A stretch of DNA of 64,000 nt from Thermoanaerobaculia bacterium (lineage in GTDB: Bacteria > Acidobacteriota > Thermoanaerobaculia > Multivoradales > Multivoraceae). Every line of letters begins with the position of its first letter. Positions within the stretch are counted from its first letter, which is position 1. This document shows positions 57,426 to 64,000 of this stretch, one piece after another. The DNA lies in NCBI GenBank assembly GCA_963664405.1, contig OY761158.1, positions 2,304,001 through 2,368,000 on the forward strand. The letters run 5' to 3'. Under the pieces are notes generated by a model. It did no database searches, was not told where the DNA came from, and saw only the letters and a list, made by a program, of their open reading frames with translations. The translations under genes were made by a program, and so were the position numbers.

Positions 57426-58908
57426 GCAGGGCACGCCGGTCAGCCGGTAAAGCAAGAAATCGTCGCCACTGACCAGCTCTTCGAACTGCGCGCCGAAGAC
57501 CGAGTCTGCCGGTCTCAGCTCGCGCGGCCTCGAGTGCCTAACGAGGAAGAAGCATGCCCCCCATTCTCGCAAGTGGCGGCCTAGAGCCTCGGAGTCCTCG
57601 AGTACGGCCAGGACCCGCGAGAAGCGATTCGGCCCCCGCCAATCGCCCAAAAACCGGCCGTCGGCGTAGTAGCGAAGGTTCTCTGCAAAGAGCCCGTAGA
57701 CGGTGTAGTCGCTGCCCTCGAGATCGTTCATTGCCGCGATTGCGGCGTAGCCGGGAAGCTGCCGCTCCAAGTAGTTGCTGCGCTGGGCACCGCTGACAGG
57801 TACTCCTCCCCGCTCAAAGATCTTGTAGCCGGCATAGAGAGGCCCGGGGGCCACGAGAAGCAGGGTCGAGAGCGGAAGGGCAAACTTCCGAAGCCAGCTC
57901 TTTCGAGCGAAGGGCGCTATGACCCCGACTTCCGGCAATTTGACCAGTGTCGCGGCAAGAACGACATTCAGAACCGGCAGCACGGTAACCAGATACCGTA
58001 TATCGCGGCCCACGGCAAGCCAGAAAAGGGCGTAGGCCGCCACCAGCACCACTAGGCCTCGTGTCCGCCGGTCGAGTAGGGCGAACGGGGCACAGAGAGG
58101 TATCAGGAACAGATAAGCCGGCGAGAGCGGCGCCGACCAGTTGTACTCACCGCGATCGAAGACCGCGGTAAATGGCACAAGAGCCAAGTGAGGAAGACCG
58201 CGGACGATCCTGGAGATGTGATTCTCCGCGACCTGACGCACAGCCTCGGAGCCGGAGCTGGTAGTGACCGCGGCCACAATCTGTTCGCCCTCTGTACTTC
58301 CCCATGCACTGGTTCCGAACAGGGGCGTGTAGAACGGGAATACCGGATTGCCGGTATGGTAGACGATCCACAGGTACCAAGGCGCCAGGCCGACGAGCGC
58401 AGTGATCGTGAAGTACCCGATCGGCTTCAGGTCGCGGGCCTTCGAGGCCCGAATCGCGATCATCAGCCAGAAGGCAGCGAGAAAGAACAGACCCAAGTAC
58501 TTGGCACCCGCGCCCAGACCGGCAAAGGCGCCGGCGAGACACAACCAACGTGGATCAGCCGTACGCGCCCAGCGCTCCCAAGCGTTCAGAGCGGCGGTCA
58601 CGAAGAGAGCGAGCGTGATGTCGATATACGCGCTGGTCCCGAGCGACACGACAAGCGGATTGCCCAGCCACAGCGCGGCGGCCAAAACCCCAGCCCCACG
58701 ACCGTAGAACCGGCCCCAGTCCAGCAGCAAGCCCGCGGTCAGAAGCATCGCGAGCCCGATAAGGCCCCATCCGAGCGTACCCGCTAGGGGCCCACCGGTA
58801 TCGGTCCCGATCGATCGACACGGACCGAAGAGCGGCTTCGCCAAAGATCCACGCGCTGGTCGCGATCGCTAGGGCGCTGGCGAAGTGGGATGCCAGAAAG
58901 AAGAGCAC
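57408..58908 (-). pseudogene. GT-C (ArnT/PMT-like) membrane glycosyltransferase, frameshifted near the N-terminus and probably internally deleted
   Basis: AYID, GAKY.G, PWYL...TGNPVFP, RYL. The hydrophobic N-terminus (GTG 58908) is in a different frame from the body. Confidence 0.6.
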
Positions 58909-58910
58909 TA

Positions 58911-60302
58911 TCAGTCAACGTACCCCATCGCCCGCAACGCATCCAGATTGTCGTCTGCTCCTCCGTCCGCGTCGACGGGGGGATTCGCGCGAGTCCATCC
59001 GCGCAGCTCGGCCCGCAACCGACGGAGCTCCTCCCTGCGCTCTTCAGCCAGGTTTCTCTCCTCCCCGGGATCCGCGACGAGATCGAAGAGTCGCAGACGC
59101 TCGGGATCCGCTGCCCCGTCACGGCTGGTGCGAGCGAGGAGCCGCCAGCGCCCATCCTGCACGCTGAGGTGACGCCGGGTCGGCGTACCCGCCTCGGAGA
59201 AGGCATATCGAAATGAACCGTTGTCGGCTTCCGGCTCTTGCCGCGAGGGCGCCAGGAGGGTGAGCAGGCTCCGGCCTTCCAGATCTCGAGGCGCGGATCC
59301 GGGCGCGGCAATCTCCGCCAAGGTCGGAAAGAGGTCAAGCAGCTCAACCGGGCTCGAGATGCGCTCGCCGGCGGCAAGAACACCTGGGAAGGACACGATC
59401 AGAGGGACATGAGCGCAGACGTTGTACGGAACGCCGCTATGTCGGAAGTAGGTCTCGTGCTCGCCGAGGGCCTCGCCGTGATCGGAGGTGAAGACCACGA
59501 GCGCTTCGTCGAGCAGGCCGAGGTCCCTGGCAAAGCTCAAGATCTCGCCGATGTGGCGATCCGCCACCTGGATATTGGCATCGTACTGTGCAACATAATG
59601 ACCCAGGCGGCGCTCGTCGCCGAGAGCTCTGGCGCGGCTGAGACGACCCTCGACTACCTCATCACCTTGATCGAGGGCGTCGCCGAGAAAGGGGTTCTCG
59701 ACCCCGTCCGGGAGGATGTAGGGAGTGTGAGGATCGGAGTAGTGGATCCAAACAAAGAGCTTGTCGGCGTCGACGTGGCGCTTGAGCTGGGAACGTGCCA
59801 AGGCGTTCACCAGGGGTGCCTGCACCCTCGGCCGGTTCGCGATCGGGTCGTCGGTCGACGGCTGAGAGCTCCAGGTTTCGAGGTATTCGTCAAAGCCTTG
59901 ATCCCAGCCTAGATCGCCCTCCAGAATCGGGTTCGAAACCGTTGCGAGGGTGGTGAAACCGGCCTCCTGAAGAGTCTCCGGGAGGGTCCTGAACGAGGCC
60001 TCCAAACGCGCCGCGGCTCGATGGGTCAGTCCAGAGGTGCGTGGGTAGAGACCCGTGAATATGGACGCGAACGACGGCGTAGTCTTGGGCCACTGGGCGA
60101 TCGCTCTCTCGAAGACCGTACCGCTTGCGGCAAGCTCATCGAGATTAGGCGAGGTAGCCCTGGGGTACCCGAAGTGGCCGAGATGATCGGCGCGGAGCGT
60201 ATCGACGGTGATGAAGAAAATCCGCCTGGGAACAGGCAGAGCTTCAGGCGGTCGAGCACACCCCAGGATGCCGAGAAGGAGAAGCGAGATCCAACGGAGC
60301 AA
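58911..60302 (-). CDS. sulfatase-like lipoprotein
   Basis: Lipobox ILGC; VDTLRADH; KTTPSF; SDPH; SDHGE; LRAMGYV. Confidence 0.85.
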   Translation of the reverse strand: MLRWISLLLLGILGCARPPEALPVPRRIFFITVDTLRADHLGHFGYPRATSPNLDELAASGTVFERAIAQWPKTTPSFASIFTGLYPRTSGLTHRAAARLEASFRTLPETLQEAGFTTLATVSNPILEGDLGWDQGFDEYLETWSSQPSTDDPIANRPRVQAPLVNALARSQLKRHVDADKLFVWIHYSDPHTPYILPDGVENPFLGDALDQGDEVVEGRLSRARALGDERRLGHYVAQYDANIQVADRHIGEILSFARDLGLLDEALVVFTSDHGEALGEHETYFRHSGVPYNVCAHVPLIVSFPGVLAAGERISSPVELLDLFPTLAEIAAPGSAPRDLEGRSLLTLLAPSRQEPEADNGSFRYAFSEAGTPTRRHLSVQDGRWRLLARTSRDGAADPERLRLFDLVADPGEERNLAEERREELRRLRAELRGWTRANPPVDADGGADDNLDALRAMGYVD

Positions 60303-60313
60303 GCCTCACCTGT

Positions 60314-61699
60314 TCACGGTCGGAGCTCGAACAACAGATCGCTGTACTCCCAGCCGAGGGACGGCACGTGGATTTCGAAGAGCGGGTCGGAGAACTTCAT
60401 CTCCCACTTCCCCTGCAGGGTGTCGATCGGTCCGGTGATCGCCTTCGATATATCGACCTTGATGCTGCCGCCGCCGCTGATAGTCAGGCGCCAGATGCCC
60501 GCCTTCGCATCGTAGCGGTACGTAACCCTGTAGGTAGCCCCCTTTGACAGCGAGGCCGAAGTCCCTTTCTTGGAGGTCACACCCTTGCTGAGATCAATGG
60601 TAATGGCGTTGGTGACGACGTTCTTACCCGGACCGCGGGCAGTGGTAAAGGCATAGGTGTCGCCGTTGAAGGAACCGTTCCTGGAGATCGAGAAAATTCG
60701 GTGAATTCCGTCGCGTTGCTTGCTGTACCAGCCTCCGTGCTTGACCTCGAAGCTGACAAAGATCTCTGAATAGCTCCGGTTCGCGGGCACACCGATATTC
60801 TGTGTCAGTAGTGGCCGACTCGCGCTGGGAGCGAAAAACTTGCCACCGCGGGTAAAGCGAAAGACCTTGGTCGCGGGTGTCGGGCCGCCGCCGGATGGCC
60901 CGTCCGGTTCCGGTTCCGGATCGGGGTCGGGACCCGGTGTCGTTCCCGGACTGCCCAGTACGAAGGCATCCTCGAGGCTCGATGAGGGGGTGTTGAAGCC
61001 CACGTAGCCAGGAGCGAGGCCTACCGTACGACCAAAGACGAAATAGTTCTGGTCACACGAAATCTCGATTCTCACGTCAGAGACCGGCGAGTTGCCCGCC
61101 AAACCCCCTGGGACATTGGGGAAAAAGTCGAAGGAGAGAGGCGAGACCAAGAGTCCAAATGTCGGGCCGAGCTGCGTTCCATCGGAGGCATAGCCGGCCG
61201 CGTTGCAAACAGTCTCCACTCCGCCAAGATTGATCAGCCCGAAATCGCCCAGGAAATCGGGGGAAGACATCAGCGATGCCACCTCGGTAGCTATGCCGCC
61301 GGGAATCAAGTTGGTAACGTCGATGACCGGCACTTGTGCGCCCCGAACCTGGGTCGATCCGTCGGCCGTTTTCAGCCGCGCCGAGACCCGCAACAGTGGA
61401 GAGCCCTGGAATTGAAGGAGCCCTACTCCCGGGGGTCCCATGACCACTCTCGTTTTCCCAGCACCGACAGCGATCGGACCGAAGGGCTCTCCCTCTTGTA
61501 GGGTCCCGTCGCTACCCTCCTCGAGAACGAGGCCGATGAAGACTCGGGTGACCTCGTCATGGTTGGCGATGCTCAATTGGAGCGAAGTTCCATCACCCGG
61601 CAAGGAGGTCATGGGGATGTAGACCACCTGGGCGACGCAGATAGAGGGCAGAACGATCGCGGCCAAGATCGCCACCAGCCAGGTTCGCTTTAAATGCAT
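60314..61699 (-). CDS. secreted two-domain hypothetical protein with Pro/Asp/Glu linker
   Basis: Signal peptide; beta-rich domains separated by PGPDPDPEPEPDGP. Confidence 0.75.
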   Translation of the reverse strand: MHLKRTWLVAILAAIVLPSICVAQVVYIPMTSLPGDGTSLQLSIANHDEVTRVFIGLVLEEGSDGTLQEGEPFGPIAVGAGKTRVVMGPPGVGLLQFQGSPLLRVSARLKTADGSTQVRGAQVPVIDVTNLIPGGIATEVASLMSSPDFLGDFGLINLGGVETVCNAAGYASDGTQLGPTFGLLVSPLSFDFFPNVPGGLAGNSPVSDVRIEISCDQNYFVFGRTVGLAPGYVGFNTPSSSLEDAFVLGSPGTTPGPDPDPEPEPDGPSGGGPTPATKVFRFTRGGKFFAPSASRPLLTQNIGVPANRSYSEIFVSFEVKHGGWYSKQRDGIHRIFSISRNGSFNGDTYAFTTARGPGKNVVTNAITIDLSKGVTSKKGTSASLSKGATYRVTYRYDAKAGIWRLTISGGGSIKVDISKAITGPIDTLQGKWEMKFSDPLFEIHVPSLGWEYSDLLFELRP

Positions 61700-61829
61700 T
61701 GGAGCCCTCGTCGGTTGGTCCCGAGACAGGGGAAGTTTACCTTAGTAGCAGGGAAGCACAAATACCCTTGATAAAAGACTTTTTCCAACATCGGGCAAAC
61801 AAGAACAACTTGATCGAGCCACTCTTGCA

Positions 61830-62270
61830 TCACCGAGCCAGCCTCGGAAACATCGCCGGTTGATGAAAGTCGGGACTCAGCCCCGGCAGTGGGTGAGCGG
61901 CCAGATATCGGCGCCGCTCGCCCTGGCCGTGGATCGCGAACGCGTTCGCCCGCCAGGGGCGTCCGGGTAGGTGGTCGGCATCGAGAGTCGCGTTTCCACT
62001 CCAGCGATTCTCTTTCTTTTCGGCAGAGAAGTCGAGGTAGCGCGTAGCATCGTCGTCCGCCGCCAGAAAGAGCTCCACGACCTCGAAGTTCCAAAGACCT
62101 TCGGTCGACTCCGGCGGCCCTGAGGGAGGCGGGTCGCTCCAAAAGGGGGCTTCTACTGCGAGTTGGAGACGACGATCATCCCAAGACAGGTCGATCGACG
62201 CCTGCAGGTCTGCGTCGACCGCAGCACCGCTCCAGGATTTTCCAATGAGTAGGCGGGCTTCGCTCATCAT
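61830..62270 (-). CDS. UPF0462/C4orf33-like protein, probably internally deleted
   Basis: APFWSDP..LWNFEVVE.F..YL, NAFAIHG..R.Y.A..P..PDFH. Confidence 0.6.
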   Translation of the reverse strand: MMSEARLLIGKSWSGAAVDADLQASIDLSWDDRRLQLAVEAPFWSDPPPSGPPESTEGLWNFEVVELFLAADDDATRYLDFSAEKKENRWSGNATLDADHLPGRPWRANAFAIHGQGERRRYLAAHPLPGLSPDFHQPAMFPRLAR

Positions 62271-62673
62271 CACTCGCGTCTTGTGGCCCACTCGGTGGAT
62301 GGACGCAGTCGGCTTCGACGCCAAAAGAAGCAATGCAGAAAACTGAATCGGGGCGACGGGTTCAGTTTATTGGACTACCGCTATCCAAGAAAGTGAACAA
62401 CTCACCTCTCTCCGCTATTCCAACTCTCTGAGGAAGGCGACAGGCCCTTTCAAATCAGCCCTTTGCGGATCTCGATCGTGGAGTTGCATGCTGGCACCAA
62501 ACCTGCTCTGTTAGTTCCTAACATATCCCGTTATCAGAGGTCGAGTAAAGAATGACGACCTCGTGGATGGCTGTCGGTGGGGCTCCATCGGAGCCGATAT
62601 TAATTTGACCTGGCACGTGTCCGGCTTCCGGAATGAGGTCGCAGAGCCAGGATCACTTACGAGAGGAGAAAGA

Positions 62674-64000
62674 ATGAAAGGTGCAGCAGTTGGAGCTCTG
62701 GCCTTCCTTTTAGTCACCCCGATAGCCGTCGCGGATACGCCCGTGACCGGCATTGTGGCCGGTAAGGTCACGGACGCGAGCGATACGACCCTTCCCGGCG
62801 TGACCGTGAGCATCGAGGGCGATCGCGGCAAGACAACGGTCTTCACCGAGGACGACGGCACCTTCCGCTTCGTCCTTCTGCCGCCCGGCTCGTATCTGGT
62901 ACGAGCGGAGCTGTCCGGCTTCGGCGCCAGCCAGGGAACGGCCCAGCTCTCAGCGGGAGGCAGGGTTCAGCTCGACCTCAAGCTGGCACTGGAGACCGCA
63001 GAGACCATCACCGTCACCTCGGAGGCCCCAGTCATCGACCGCTTTGAAGTGACCGCGGGCGGGACGGTGTCGCACGAGGTCTCCTAGATGGTGACCTCTT
63101 CCAACGCCACCTATTGGTCAGTTGTAGCGGTGATGCCGGGGGTTTCCCAGGACGGCGATCTCACTGACGACCAGGCCGTTGTCAATGGATCTCGCTTTAC
63201 CGAGAGCAGTGTCTTCATCGACGGTGTCGACACCACCTACGCGCGCCGCGGCGGCTCCCGCATGTGGCTTCCGGATGTGTCCACTACCGAGGTCAGCATG
63301 CAGTCGGCCGGCTCCAGCGCCGAGTTCGGCCGGGCCGTGGGCTCGACCACCAGCGTCATCACCAAGTCGGGCACCAATGTCTTCCACGGCGAGGCGAGCT
63401 TCTTGCACCAGGAAGGAAACTGGGTGTCGGAGTACAGCGAGCATCCGGAGCTCCTCGGTCGCGAGAGCTGCCTCGAAGCTTTCGCTCGCAACGACCCCGC
63501 GGACCTCGCCAACCGGCCCAACTGCACCGCGGACTTCTTCGTGCGCAGTCCCGAGGAAAAGGATCTTTCGACGGACACGGTCCAGAGTGCCTTGGGCGGC
63601 CCCATCGCGAAAGACAAGGCGTGGTTTTTTCTCTCCTTCGGCCAGATCGATAGTTTCACCGCCAGGAAAACCTTCGCCGGGGACCTCGTCCGGCTCAGTG
63701 CCGAGATCGATTCCAAGATGGTCAAGCTGAACTTCCAGCCCGCTCCTTCACACTCCCTCAACGCCTCCTACATCGGAACGCCGATGAGACTCCCGTTCCT
63801 TCTCGGCACCCTTCCTGCGGATAAGTACGGCGCGACCATCCACGATTTCGGCGGCGATCTGGTCAACCTCACCTGGAATTGGTCGCAATCGTCGAAGCTG
63901 TTTCTCGAGACCAAGATCGCAGCTCAAGCATCGGACGAGGACAAGTACCTCAACGCCGGCGATGGCCTCTCTCTCGATTCGGCAATCGCCGAAAAACAGC
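62674..64000 (+). CDS. Oar-like TonB-dependent receptor (carboxypeptidase-regulatory domain + plug) with in-frame TAG at 63085-63087; runs off the window
   Basis: RBS GAGGAG; GKVTD..LPGVTV..G.F.F..LPPG.Y; after the TAG the same frame gives MPGV..VNG..FIDGVDT..SAEFGRA.G....ITKSGTN.FHG. Confidence 0.8.

Noticed and set aside
62340-62673. cobalamin riboswitch upstream of the TonB receptor
   Set aside because: GAGCCAGGA resembles part of a B12 box and hairpins exist, but the GCCACTG and GACC core elements are not evident.
63085-63087. pyrrolysine codon
   Set aside because: Not a methyltransferase context, no pyl genes in the window, and TAG is a routine stop here; kept only as a low-level finding.
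1-64000. tRNA/rRNA genes, including selC
   Set aside because: No cloverleaf or rRNA-like sequence was recognised by eye; tRNAscan-SE and Infernal would be needed to exclude them.

Overview
GC-rich bacterial chromosomal segment, probably from Acidobacteriota (Thermoanaerobaculia-like). This is inferred from the lineage-typical C-terminal domain on the FG-GAP protein, the ...LRxLGYV-ending sulfatase-like proteins and the Oar-type TonB receptor. Most of the window is mixed housekeeping and accessory genes: RapA, ArsR/ArsI, a PSD1-DUF1501 pair, GalM, a zincin, SbcCD, an acyl-CoA ligase, a PAS kinase, a Mo-oxidoreductase, TctCBA, a PQQ-type sugar dehydrogenase and MscS. A mobile-element graveyard occupies 37.9-47.1 kb. 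Highlights: (1) A 3.3-kb large-serine-recombinase element whose first ORF (DUF5372-like) has no start codon but falls exactly in frame with the recombinase C-terminus if the two ends are joined at a shared GC, suggesting an excision-dependent gene fusion. (2) A secreted deiodinase-like protein with an in-frame UGA in a CxxU motif followed by a SECIS-like hairpin, a probable selenoprotein that the ORF track splits in two. (3) A family of ~62-69-nt two-hairpin repeats with compensatory substitutions, present as two tandem arrays and two dispersed copies (not CRISPR). (4) A CTAG-flanked ~166-bp MITE in two copies. (5) Several genes with internal deletions, frameshifts or a premature stop. All family assignments are from motif recognition by eye; no searches were run.
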